Virus record (IMG/VR): IMGVR_UViG_3300007345_000027
Coordinates: 33,090-97,089 of that record
Source: a virus
Length of the DNA: 64,000 bases
Reading direction: 5' to 3' (one strand)
Below are positions 18,164 to 28,137 of the stretch, in pieces; the first letter of the stretch is position 1; each line of letters starts with the position of its first letter. The notes beneath the pieces were generated by a model. That model worked only from the letters and a program-made list of their open reading frames with translations, was not told where the DNA came from and ran no database searches. Both the position numbers and the translations under genes were made by a program.

Positions 18164-19051
18164 ATGTCATCAGCAAATTTTTCGGATATTTCGACAAGTT
18201 ATTTAGAAGTTAAAGCACCAGTTGTTGGCGCTGCATTAAACATACCACAAGCATTCATCCCACCAGGAAGTGCAAACATATATCAATGTTTTGTCGGTTC
18301 TGGTATGAATAAAATTGTTAATGCAGCACTTAATGTGATGTCTAACACCACAAATCCAATAGCTGTTGAAGTTGTAGGACCATCTAATTTAACAGGTGTA
18401 GTTACTATTGTTGGCGCTACATCCGTAAATGGTGCTACTAGAATTGAGGGTCCTACCCTAGATGTAGTTTCAGTCACAACAACCGTTAAAAGTACAAAAA
18501 CTGCAATAGCTGGAACTAAGGGACTTACTTTAACTGGTAATAGTGTTCTTATGAATGGTAGTGGTAAAGTTGATATATCTGCACCTACTATCAATTTGAA
18601 TGGTGCTGTTCTTGTTGCTGGAGTTGGTAATCTTCCATTAGCTTTAAATAGTAAAAAAACCTTTGATATAAAGCACCCCAATAAACCAAATTATAGGTTA
18701 AGACATGCATGTGTTGAGGGTCCAGAAGCTGCAATATACGTTCGAGGAAAGTTGTTAAATAGTAATGTAATTACTCTCCCCGATTATTGGGATGGTTTAG
18801 TTGACAAAGAGTCTATCACAGTAAATCTTACTCAAATAGGGCATAGTCAAGATCTTTATGTTGAAAAAATTGAATGGGGTAAAAATATTATTGTAAAATC
18901 TGGAAATGGAACAACAATTAATTGTCATTATCAAGTTTGGGCTGATAGATTGGGTAAAATGATAATAGAGTACGAAGGTACCACACCAGATGATTACCCA
19001 GGTGATAATTCGGAATATTCAATCGCTGGTTGGACATACGACAAGAAATAA
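18164..19051 (+). CDS. spike-like beta-helix protein with a C-terminal chaperone-like domain
   Basis: Val/Thr/Gly-rich repeats followed by KTFDIKHP...LRHACVEGPEAAIYVRG...ITLPDYW, a domain common at the C-termini of phage spikes and fibres. Confidence 0.6.
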   Translation: MSSANFSDISTSYLEVKAPVVGAALNIPQAFIPPGSANIYQCFVGSGMNKIVNAALNVMSNTTNPIAVEVVGPSNLTGVVTIVGATSVNGATRIEGPTLDVVSVTTTVKSTKTAIAGTKGLTLTGNSVLMNGSGKVDISAPTINLNGAVLVAGVGNLPLALNSKKTFDIKHPNKPNYRLRHACVEGPEAAIYVRGKLLNSNVITLPDYWDGLVDKESITVNLTQIGHSQDLYVEKIEWGKNIIVKSGNGTTINCHYQVWADRLGKMIIEYEGTTPDDYPGDNSEYSIAGWTYDKK

Positions 19052-19054
19052 AAC

Positions 19055-22000
19055 ATGGCAAGAATTAATATCTACAGTACAAATCAACCGCCTGAGCAAC
19101 TATCTCTTTTAGAGATAGATGATCTTAAGGTTGGAACAGGTGTTACCGTATATGGTAATACTGGTATTGTTAGTGCAGTTAGTGTCTATGCTCAAAATTA
19201 TTATGGTGATGGATCTAACTTAGAGAACGTTGGTATAGAAGTTAGTGCAATTGATACATTAACTATAGACCCTGAAACTGGGAATGGTGTAATTAGTAAT
19301 CAGATTACAAATGTAAAAGCAATACGTTTTGATACTGATTCTGGATTTGCAGTATCTGATTTGGGTGATGGTGCTGTACAAATTGCCCTTAATAGTACGT
19401 TTAAATATTGGGAAGTTGATGGGCAAGATACATTAGAAGCCGAAGGTCTTGATACTGTAAAAATAGTAGCTGGTGTTGGTATTGCACTTACAACACAAAA
19501 CATTGATGGTGATAAAAGATTAACGATTACTGGAACCGTAGGTGCTCAAGGTCTCCAAGGTACTTTAAGTAATTTTCAAGGAACACAAGGATTACAGGGA
19601 TTACAAGGACATCAGGGATTACAGGGAAATCAAGGATTACAAGGTAATCAAGGAACACAGGGAAATCAAGGACTACAAGGTGTACTTGGTAATTTTCAAG
19701 GAACCCAAGGACTCCAAGGTGCTCAAGGTTTACAAGGTTCTCAGGGGTCACAAGGATTTCAAGGACTCCAAGGTGCTCAAGGACTCCAAGGTGCTCAGGG
19801 TGTACTTAGCAATTTCCAAGGACTTCAAGGTTCAAAAGGATCTCAAGGCGCACAAGGATTCCAAGGTGTTCAGGGTTTAATTGGTGAGCAAGGTAATAAA
19901 GGTGATAGTGGTGGAACAATATGGAGATTTAATACTTCTACAACACAGGGAGATCCTGGTAATGGATACTTTAGATTTGATAATAATACTCCAGCAGATA
20001 TAACAAAAATATACATTGATAATATTGATAGTGTAGGTAAGAATCAAACTGCATGGTTTGATGATTGGGAAATTTTAGGATCAAAACCAACTGTAGGATA
20101 TTTGCATTTACAATCTTCTTCCCCAGACGGAACTATTTCTTATATTTTTGAAGTTACTGATGTAAATGCTGGTACTCAGGGTGCTTTTAATACTTATTAT
20201 ACACTTACTGTCAATCTTTTAACAGATACTACTAGTACAATAGGTGCAAATACAAAGATTGCATTTTTCTTCGCTCCTATTGGAAGGCAAGGTGTTCAAG
20301 GTTTACAAGGTTTACAAGGATTCCAAGGTGTCCAGAGTGCTCAAGGTCTTCAAGGACTTCAAGGACTTCAGGGTCCTTTAAGTAATTTTCAAGGAACTCA
20401 AGGATTACAAGGTTTACAAGGTGTCCAGAGTGCTCAAGGTCTTCAAGGACTTCAAGGACTTCAAGGTGTAATTAGCAATTTTCAAGGAACTCAAGGATTA
20501 CAAGGTAATCAAGGAACACAGGGAAATCAAGGACTACAAGGTGTAGTTGGTAATTTCCAAGGAACTCAAGGTTTACAAGGTGTACAATCTAATCAAGGAA
20601 CTCAGGGACTCCAAGGAGTTCAAGGACTCCAAGGACTTCAAGGACTTCAGGGTCCTTTAAGTAATTTTCAAGGAACTCAGGGTGTTGTTGGATTTCCTAA
20701 TGGTGTACCTTATGAATTTGATAGTGAAACTCAGAGACCACTTGATCCAGGTGGAATTAGTAATATTTTATATCGAGTCGCAAATGGAACACTAAAATTT
20801 AATAATCTTTCAATTGCATCAGTTAATAGAATTTTTATTTCGGTACAAGATTATTATGGAGTATCAAGATCTAATTGGATTAACGGGTGGGATGATCCTT
20901 CATTCACAAACACTATAAAAGGATCTTTAACTATTTCATCAGCGGAAACTAACAATCCTGGAGCTGTTATATTTTATGTTACTCAAGTTGAAGATGTAAC
21001 AATAAATGGATTTTCTGGTAGTCATAGATTCTTAGAGGTTTATGTTACTTATCTTTCTGGTTCTTCTAGTTTTGATGATACAGAGAGATTATCTATCTCA
21101 TTTAACCCTACTGGTGTTCAAGGTCTTCAGGGTGTTCAAGGTCCTTTAAGTAATTTTCAAGGAACACAAGGATTACAGGGATTACAAGGACATCAGGGTG
21201 TTCAAGGATTACAAGGACTTCAAGGTAATCTAAGTAATTTCCAAGGAACACAGGGAAATCAGGGTGTTCAAGGATTACAAGGACTTCAAGGATTACAAGG
21301 ACTTCAAGGTTTACAGGGTTTCCAAGGCACTCAAGGATGTCAAGGATTTCAAGGACTTCAAGGTTTACAGGGAATGCAAGGACTTCAGGGTCCTTTAAGT
21401 AATTTTCAAGGTGTTCAAGGATCTCAAGGATTCCAAGGTCTCCAAGGATTACAAGGTTTACAAGGTGTCCAGAGTGCTCAAGGTCTTCAAGGTCTTCAGG
21501 GTCTTCAAGGTCTTCAGGGTCTTCAAGGTAATATAAGTAATTTCCAAGGTACACAAGGAATGCAAGGACTTCAGGGTCCTTTAAGTAATTTTCAAGGTGT
21601 TCAAGGATCTCAAGGATTCCAAGGTGTTCAAGGTCCTTTAAGTAATTTTCAAGGAACTCAAGGTCTCCAAGGTCTCCAAGGATTACAAGGTATACAAGGT
21701 AATCAAGGAACTCAAGGTGTCCAAGGTCTCCAAGGATTACAGGGATTACAAGGTAATCAAGGTACTCAAGGACTTCAAGGTTTACAGGGATTACAGGGAT
21801 TACAAGGACTTCAAGGATTACAAGGACTTCAAGGTTTACAGGGATTACAAGGTTTACAGGGATTACAAGGTGTAATTGGCAATTTTCAAGGTACTCAAGG
21901 ACTACAAGGAAATCAGGGTGTTCAAGGTCTTCAAGGTTTACAGGGAGTTCAATCTACACAAGGAACACAGGGTCTTCAGGGACCTCAGGGTGTTCAAGGT

Positions 22001-25000
22001 ACTCAAGGTACTCAGGGTGTTCAAGGTGTTCAAGGTGTTCAAGGATTACAAGGAAATCAGGGTACCCAAGGTCTCCAAGGTTTACAGGGTGTAAGATCGA
22101 ATTTCCAAGGAACTCAAGGCACTCAAGGTTTACAGGGACCCCAAGGTACTCAGGGTTTACAAGGAGTTCAAGGAACTCAAGGTTTACAGGGACATCAAGG
22201 AACGCAAGGTTTACAGGGAGTTCAGGGAACACAAGGACTCCAAGGTATTCAAGGACTCCAGGGAACGCAAGGTACTCAAGGTTTACAAGGAACACAGGGG
22301 ACACAGGGATTCCAGGGAGTTCAGGGCACTCAAGGATTACAAGGAGTTCAAGGAATCCAAGGTACTCAAGGACTTCAAGGATTGCAAGGTCCTAAGGGAA
22401 TAACACAATTTGAAGTTGATGATACCGATGAAGATGTAGTTCTTTATCCAGTGATGACCAACGTTACTGTTGGATCAACTGAAGTGATAGAGGTATCTAG
22501 TGAAAAATTAGTTTTCAATCCATCCTCTGGTAGTATTGGTATTGGAACGAGTGCAATTACAAATACACTGACTGTAGTTGGAACAGCAACAGCAACAAAT
22601 TATTTTGGTAATGGTGATACTCTAAGTGGAATTGTTACTCAAATTGTTCCAGGAATTGGTATTGATATTTTTGAAACTCAAGTTCCAGGAAAAGGTAAAG
22701 TAGAAGTTCAATCATATAAACCAGTTGGAAGAACGATATTTGTTTCTATAAATGGTGATGATAATAATACTGGTCTTGCAGAAAATCATCCAAAGCGAAC
22801 TATAAAAGGAGCTTCATCTGTTGCATTAACAAATGATACTATAAAAGTATTTCCAGGCACATATGTTGAGGATAATCCTGTTATTCTGAATAAAATTGTT
22901 TCGATTGAAGGAACAGAACTTAGAAATTGTATTATTACACCAAAAAATCCAAATCAAGATTTGATTTATGTTAATAATGGATGTCATATAACTGATATTA
23001 GCTTTATCGGTCCAGAAATGACTGATGGAGCTGCAGTGGTAGCATTACAACCTTTATTGGGGGTTGCTACGGATAGATTCTTTGATGCTGCAAGAATGAT
23101 TAGATTGAATTTAGATTATATTGCGAAAGAATCTGTAGGATTCTTAACTAGTGGATATAGTGGATTTGCTGGAAATCATAGAGAGCAAGATGCTGCAAGA
23201 TTAATTGATTTAAATATTGACTATATTGCTGCAGAAACAGTAGGATTTTTAACCACTGCATACGTTGGTTCCGCTGGTCAACCATTTGTTGTTACTAATT
23301 CTTCAGGTATTTCTACAGATCCATCTAATTGTGAAGATGATATTAAAGATATTTTGCGTTCTTTATCTTATGATTTGAAAGCTGGAAGTAATAAAAAATG
23401 TGTTGGTGCAGGATTATCTTATTATGATGATGGAGGAACACTTCTCCACATTATTGGAAACGATGAAAATGGAAATAGTATTCAAGATGCGACTATATCC
23501 GCTATACAATATGCTGTTGGTGTTACAACATACATTATAGATAACAAAGATTATAAATCTCAACCTGGTGTTACAACTTATAGTCAACTTGCACAAAATG
23601 TTTCTTACTCACCAATTTTAGTTGGTGGCGGTTGCACTGCAGTTAGAGAAAAAATAAGAGAACGTGTTGGTATTATTACTAATATTATTGATAATTTTAA
23701 TTATGCTACTGGTATTACAACAATTCATGGAGTAAGATTAGAAAGTGCTGATTGTGCCGATGATGTTGGTGATATATGGAGATCTGTAATATATGATATT
23801 ACTAGAGGTGGTAACTCTAAGTGTGTTGGTGCTGGTAAATCATATTATGATGATGATTGGAACTTAGCAGTTGGTACATTAGACAATGAAAAAGGTGAAA
23901 TTGAACAGACAATTGCAACTTTAGACTATTCATTTGATGTTGCTAGAGCAATTGTTAATAACTCTACTTGGGGAGGAACTGTAGTTGGATTTGGAACAAC
24001 TGTTGTATCTGCAGATTATGATTATAGTACTGGCATTACTACAATAACTGCTACAGATCATGGATTATTAAAAGATGATGCTGTCAAAATTGAGAATCTG
24101 ACATATTCATGTACATCTGGATCTTCTGGAGTTCCTGTTGGTGTTATAACAGCTTCTTACACTAACAGCACAGGAATTACAACAATTCAAACTTCTGGTT
24201 ATCTACCAATATCCTCTGGTGATCGAGTTAAAATTGAAGGATTAACTTTCGAGTGTGTTGATGGAACGGACGTTTATCCAGATGGAAATCAAGGATATGA
24301 ATTTACAGTTCAAGATGTTATTAGTTCTTCATCTAGTAGCACTACATTTATAGTAAATACTGGATCTACAACTTATGCAAATCCTCATACTTACGTGAGT
24401 GGTGGACAAGTATCCAAACTTTATACACCAGTATTTACTGTAGATGATGCAGATTATGATTATTTAACTGGAATAACTACGGTAACAGTTACTGGAACTG
24501 GTCCAACAGGTCCATATCTTTTCATTGAACCAGGAAAGAGAGTAAAACTTGGAGGATTAGTTTTTAGTTGTGATCAAGGTCAATCAGTTTATCCATCTGG
24601 AAATAATGGATATGATTTTGAAGTTATATCTACAACTGATGATCGATATGTTGATGCTGCAAATTTAATAAAAGCAAATAGAACTGAAATTATTGATAAA
24701 TCTTTAGCTTCGATTGCAATATCTCATCCAGATTTTTATTATCCTAATGATGTACAAACAACAAGATTTTCTAGATTTAAAGATGCTTATAGATTAATAC
24801 AGCAAAACAGAACGGAGATCATTAATAGTGCTTGGAATACAATGCAGGCTGGAGAAAATCCTGCAGATTCTTCAACAGAAACTAAGTGTAAACGTGACAT
24901 TGGTTATTTTGTAGACGCAGTTTCAACTGATGTATTTACTGGTGGAAATAGTTATTCAATATCATTTGTTAAACTCTATTTTAATAATGGAACACCAATT

Positions 25001-27769
25001 TCAAATGGATTGGTTGGTGAAGAAGCATCATCTATAGATGCTTTTAATGCCGCTAGAGATTTAATGAAGCAGGCAATTACTAATCAACTTACGGTAACAG
25101 ATTTAACTATTACTGCTGATCCAGTGACTGGAGATAATCAGTCATCAGATTCATGTGCTAATGTACAAAGTGCAATTGACACTTTAACTTCTTTAGTTGT
25201 TGTAATAATTGATGCAGGAAATCTTGATCTCTTAAAAACAACTTATGTTAATGCAGGTATTTTTGTTGCTGGAGAAAATAAGTGTCGTAGAGACATCGGA
25301 TTTATTGTAGATGCTCTCGAAAAGGATATTAGATATGGGACTAATAAATTTATTAGAGAATCTACCAGAGCATATTTTGATGCAAATGGTGCACCAATTA
25401 CAAATGGATTACTTGGAGAGGAGTCAGAATCTATAACGGCATTTAATAGTATTCGCGATTATGCTAAGAAAGCAATTACAAATCAATTAAATGTAAAAGA
25501 TTTAACGATTACAGCAGATCCTCTGACAGGTGATAATCAAGATCCTAGTTCTTGTGCAGATGTGCAAACGAATATTGATAATATTATTGCAATTATAACC
25601 ACAGTAATTAGTGACGGTAATTTATCAAATTACCCAGCGTTATACGTTTCTAATAAAGTTGAAGTAAATACAGGAACTACAACAAAAGCACACAATTATG
25701 TAAATGGTGGAACGTTAACTTCCAATTACACATCTGAAATTTATCCTGATGGAACTTTTGGTTATATTTTCCCAGTTAAAGATGTTCTTAGTGATGATGT
25801 ATTTGAAGTAGTAACTGGCAAAACAGTATTACCTCATACATATGAAAGTGGTGGAACAGTTAAAAAGGTTAGTAACTTCCAATCTGAGTTCACTCAAGTA
25901 AAAGATTTATCTATTCAATCTGATTATAAGTCTGGATTTAACAATACGATTAATTCTTGTACTGATGTTGCATCAGCAATGAGGTCATGTGTTGGGGTTG
26001 TCACCAATATAGTTGGTTTAGGATCAACAGCATTCTCAACAATTGGATTCAATACAACATATCCTGGAAATCGTGGAGAAGGATTTGATCATCTCTCAGG
26101 AATTTCTAGTGCTGTTTACGAAAAAGAATCTGGAAAAACAACTCTTAAAGCATTAGGATATACACCTAACGTTGGTGATTTGGTTGAAATTAGAGACCTG
26201 TTATTCTCATGTTCCTCTGGTGGATCTATTTCAACAACAAGATTCCCATCTGGATATTTTGGATATGAGTTCTATGTAACTAAGGTACATGGTGATAATT
26301 CTTTTGATGTATATACTGGTGTTAGTACTATTCCACACACATATGTTTCTGATGGGTATGTTGTTAATCGTTCAATGAACATTACACAAGCAGATTACAC
26401 ACATACTACAGGAATAGTTACAATTACTTCACCTGGAATTAAGTTAAGATCAGGTGATTTGGTTACTTTGAGAGATATGGAATTTGCATGTTCTAGTGGA
26501 GCGGCTACTACAACAATATATCCTTCTGGAAATAACGGTTATGCATTTAGAGTATTAAGTGCAGATAATGAAAATGATACTTTTACGGTAAATGTCGGAA
26601 CTTCTAGTGTAGATCATACTTATGTTGTTGGCGGAACTGTTACACCACCATATTCTAGAGGGGTTGGTAATATTGTTCAAGGACCTTATACTAGAAACTG
26701 TACAAACTTTATTCCAAATTCTATCGGAATGAAAGTTGATGGATTTGAGGCAGAACCTGGTGATTTACCAGATATTGGTGTTACAGGAACGATGAGTGTT
26801 GATTCATATACACAGTATAACCAAGGAGGAATTGGAGTTTCTATTACAAATGGAGCATATTCTCAGTTAGTTTCTATATTTACCATTTGTAACGATACAG
26901 CAATTTTCACCGCTTCAGGTGGGCAATGTGACTTAACAAACTCAAACTCCTCATTTGGTAGATTGGGATTGGTTGCTGATGGTGTCGGTGATGAAACATC
27001 TAAATCAATTTATAGATATACTGGCATTTCTTCTGGAATAGCAGAAGTTGAGCAAGATACTATAACAGTTAGTGGAGTTGGTAGTTATCGTCCTTATGAT
27101 GGACAAGCATTATATTTTGGAGAGTTGTATTATACAGTTCAAAAAATTGAAGTTACTGATGGTGGTTCTGGATACATAGCACCTCCAATAGTTACAATTT
27201 CAGATCCAGAAGGACCAAATGGAATTGTTTGTGAGGGATCACCAAATATTGATGCAAGTGGAAGAGTAATCTCAGTAGATATTATTAGTGCTGGTAGTCA
27301 ATATTTGACAAATCCAACTGTTACGTTTACTGGTGGTGGAGGAGTCGGTGCAGCTGCAACTACCATAATTTATCCATTATATTATTCTATTGAAAGTGCA
27401 ACAAAACCTGTTGCAGGAATCTCAACTATTGTTCTAAACCAGAATCTAAATAACACAGTGAGTGCTGGAACAACAGTCTATTTTAGTAGAGTAAGTTTAC
27501 AAATTACATCATCACACTCTTTTGAATGGGTTGGTGCTGGAAATAATATTTTCTCAGCAAAACCTGGATTGGGTGGAGTTGTTATAACTGAAAATGAAGT
27601 TGTAATGAACAATGGTGGTCAAGTTGTTTATACCAGTACGGATCAAGCTGGTAACTTTAAAATTGGTGATCAGTTTACAATTAATCAACTTACTGGAACA
27701 ATTAGTGGTAGAGCATTCAGTCAAAGTCTGTTAAATACAGTAACACCTTTAATTCTTGCAATAGGATAA
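19055..27769 (+). CDS. giant (2904 aa) collagen-containing tail fibre / virion structural protein
   Basis: Three G-X-Q collagen blocks, FVSINGDDNNTG...P.RTI beta-helix entry motif, KC.RDIG..VDA helical repeats, Y...TGITT...H.YVSGG beta repeats. Confidence 0.8.
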   Translation: MARINIYSTNQPPEQLSLLEIDDLKVGTGVTVYGNTGIVSAVSVYAQNYYGDGSNLENVGIEVSAIDTLTIDPETGNGVISNQITNVKAIRFDTDSGFAVSDLGDGAVQIALNSTFKYWEVDGQDTLEAEGLDTVKIVAGVGIALTTQNIDGDKRLTITGTVGAQGLQGTLSNFQGTQGLQGLQGHQGLQGNQGLQGNQGTQGNQGLQGVLGNFQGTQGLQGAQGLQGSQGSQGFQGLQGAQGLQGAQGVLSNFQGLQGSKGSQGAQGFQGVQGLIGEQGNKGDSGGTIWRFNTSTTQGDPGNGYFRFDNNTPADITKIYIDNIDSVGKNQTAWFDDWEILGSKPTVGYLHLQSSSPDGTISYIFEVTDVNAGTQGAFNTYYTLTVNLLTDTTSTIGANTKIAFFFAPIGRQGVQGLQGLQGFQGVQSAQGLQGLQGLQGPLSNFQGTQGLQGLQGVQSAQGLQGLQGLQGVISNFQGTQGLQGNQGTQGNQGLQGVVGNFQGTQGLQGVQSNQGTQGLQGVQGLQGLQGLQGPLSNFQGTQGVVGFPNGVPYEFDSETQRPLDPGGISNILYRVANGTLKFNNLSIASVNRIFISVQDYYGVSRSNWINGWDDPSFTNTIKGSLTISSAETNNPGAVIFYVTQVEDVTINGFSGSHRFLEVYVTYLSGSSSFDDTERLSISFNPTGVQGLQGVQGPLSNFQGTQGLQGLQGHQGVQGLQGLQGNLSNFQGTQGNQGVQGLQGLQGLQGLQGLQGFQGTQGCQGFQGLQGLQGMQGLQGPLSNFQGVQGSQGFQGLQGLQGLQGVQSAQGLQGLQGLQGLQGLQGNISNFQGTQGMQGLQGPLSNFQGVQGSQGFQGVQGPLSNFQGTQGLQGLQGLQGIQGNQGTQGVQGLQGLQGLQGNQGTQGLQGLQGLQGLQGLQGLQGLQGLQGLQGLQGLQGVIGNFQGTQGLQGNQGVQGLQGLQGVQSTQGTQGLQGPQGVQGTQGTQGVQGVQGVQGLQGNQGTQGLQGLQGVRSNFQGTQGTQGLQGPQGTQGLQGVQGTQGLQGHQGTQGLQGVQGTQGLQGIQGLQGTQGTQGLQGTQGTQGFQGVQGTQGLQGVQGIQGTQGLQGLQGPKGITQFEVDDTDEDVVLYPVMTNVTVGSTEVIEVSSEKLVFNPSSGSIGIGTSAITNTLTVVGTATATNYFGNGDTLSGIVTQIVPGIGIDIFETQVPGKGKVEVQSYKPVGRTIFVSINGDDNNTGLAENHPKRTIKGASSVALTNDTIKVFPGTYVEDNPVILNKIVSIEGTELRNCIITPKNPNQDLIYVNNGCHITDISFIGPEMTDGAAVVALQPLLGVATDRFFDAARMIRLNLDYIAKESVGFLTSGYSGFAGNHREQDAARLIDLNIDYIAAETVGFLTTAYVGSAGQPFVVTNSSGISTDPSNCEDDIKDILRSLSYDLKAGSNKKCVGAGLSYYDDGGTLLHIIGNDENGNSIQDATISAIQYAVGVTTYIIDNKDYKSQPGVTTYSQLAQNVSYSPILVGGGCTAVREKIRERVGIITNIIDNFNYATGITTIHGVRLESADCADDVGDIWRSVIYDITRGGNSKCVGAGKSYYDDDWNLAVGTLDNEKGEIEQTIATLDYSFDVARAIVNNSTWGGTVVGFGTTVVSADYDYSTGITTITATDHGLLKDDAVKIENLTYSCTSGSSGVPVGVITASYTNSTGITTIQTSGYLPISSGDRVKIEGLTFECVDGTDVYPDGNQGYEFTVQDVISSSSSSTTFIVNTGSTTYANPHTYVSGGQVSKLYTPVFTVDDADYDYLTGITTVTVTGTGPTGPYLFIEPGKRVKLGGLVFSCDQGQSVYPSGNNGYDFEVISTTDDRYVDAANLIKANRTEIIDKSLASIAISHPDFYYPNDVQTTRFSRFKDAYRLIQQNRTEIINSAWNTMQAGENPADSSTETKCKRDIGYFVDAVSTDVFTGGNSYSISFVKLYFNNGTPISNGLVGEEASSIDAFNAARDLMKQAITNQLTVTDLTITADPVTGDNQSSDSCANVQSAIDTLTSLVVVIIDAGNLDLLKTTYVNAGIFVAGENKCRRDIGFIVDALEKDIRYGTNKFIRESTRAYFDANGAPITNGLLGEESESITAFNSIRDYAKKAITNQLNVKDLTITADPLTGDNQDPSSCADVQTNIDNIIAIITTVISDGNLSNYPALYVSNKVEVNTGTTTKAHNYVNGGTLTSNYTSEIYPDGTFGYIFPVKDVLSDDVFEVVTGKTVLPHTYESGGTVKKVSNFQSEFTQVKDLSIQSDYKSGFNNTINSCTDVASAMRSCVGVVTNIVGLGSTAFSTIGFNTTYPGNRGEGFDHLSGISSAVYEKESGKTTLKALGYTPNVGDLVEIRDLLFSCSSGGSISTTRFPSGYFGYEFYVTKVHGDNSFDVYTGVSTIPHTYVSDGYVVNRSMNITQADYTHTTGIVTITSPGIKLRSGDLVTLRDMEFACSSGAATTTIYPSGNNGYAFRVLSADNENDTFTVNVGTSSVDHTYVVGGTVTPPYSRGVGNIVQGPYTRNCTNFIPNSIGMKVDGFEAEPGDLPDIGVTGTMSVDSYTQYNQGGIGVSITNGAYSQLVSIFTICNDTAIFTASGGQCDLTNSNSSFGRLGLVADGVGDETSKSIYRYTGISSGIAEVEQDTITVSGVGSYRPYDGQALYFGELYYTVQKIEVTDGGSGYIAPPIVTISDPEGPNGIVCEGSPNIDASGRVISVDIISAGSQYLTNPTVTFTGGGGVGAAATTIIYPLYYSIESATKPVAGISTIVLNQNLNNTVSAGTTVYFSRVSLQITSSHSFEWVGAGNNIFSAKPGLGGVVITENEVVMNNGGQVVYTSTDQAGNFKIGDQFTINQLTGTISGRAFSQSLLNTVTPLILAIG
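19541..22398 (+). repeat. collagen-like (Gly-X-Gln)n coding repeats in three blocks (about 19541-19906, 20282-20690, 21113-22398)
   Basis: 9-bp periodic CAAGGN pattern; translation QGLQGTQG with NFQG interruptions. Confidence 0.95.
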
Positions 27770-28129
27770 ATGGCAGTAGTAGCACTTAATAAATTCCGAA
27801 CAATACGAGTACCAGTAACTACTGATACTGTTGGTATATACACATGCCCAATTGGTGTTGCATCTATTGTAATATTATGTCAAGTCACCAATGTTTCTTC
27901 TGGAGCTGCATTGAGTGCATATACAGTTAGTGCATTTCATTCAAGACCAACGGAATCAACTATAAATTTTGCTTTTGCCAATGAATTTTTAGTAGCACCT
28001 AATGATGGTGCAAATTTAGTTTCTGATGGAAGATTGGCATTAGAAACATCAGATAGTATTCAAGTCACTGCAAATGAAAATGGTGTTCTTGAAATAATAC
28101 TTAGTGTACTTGAAACAGCAAAACAGTAA
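27770..28129 (+). CDS. small virion structural protein
   Basis: IYTCP.G.ASIVILCQVTN...GRLALETSDSI beta-sandwich pattern typical of small proteins following cyanophage fibre genes. Confidence 0.55.
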   Translation: MAVVALNKFRTIRVPVTTDTVGIYTCPIGVASIVILCQVTNVSSGAALSAYTVSAFHSRPTESTINFAFANEFLVAPNDGANLVSDGRLALETSDSIQVTANENGVLEIILSVLETAKQ

Positions 28130-28137
28130 TATAAAAT

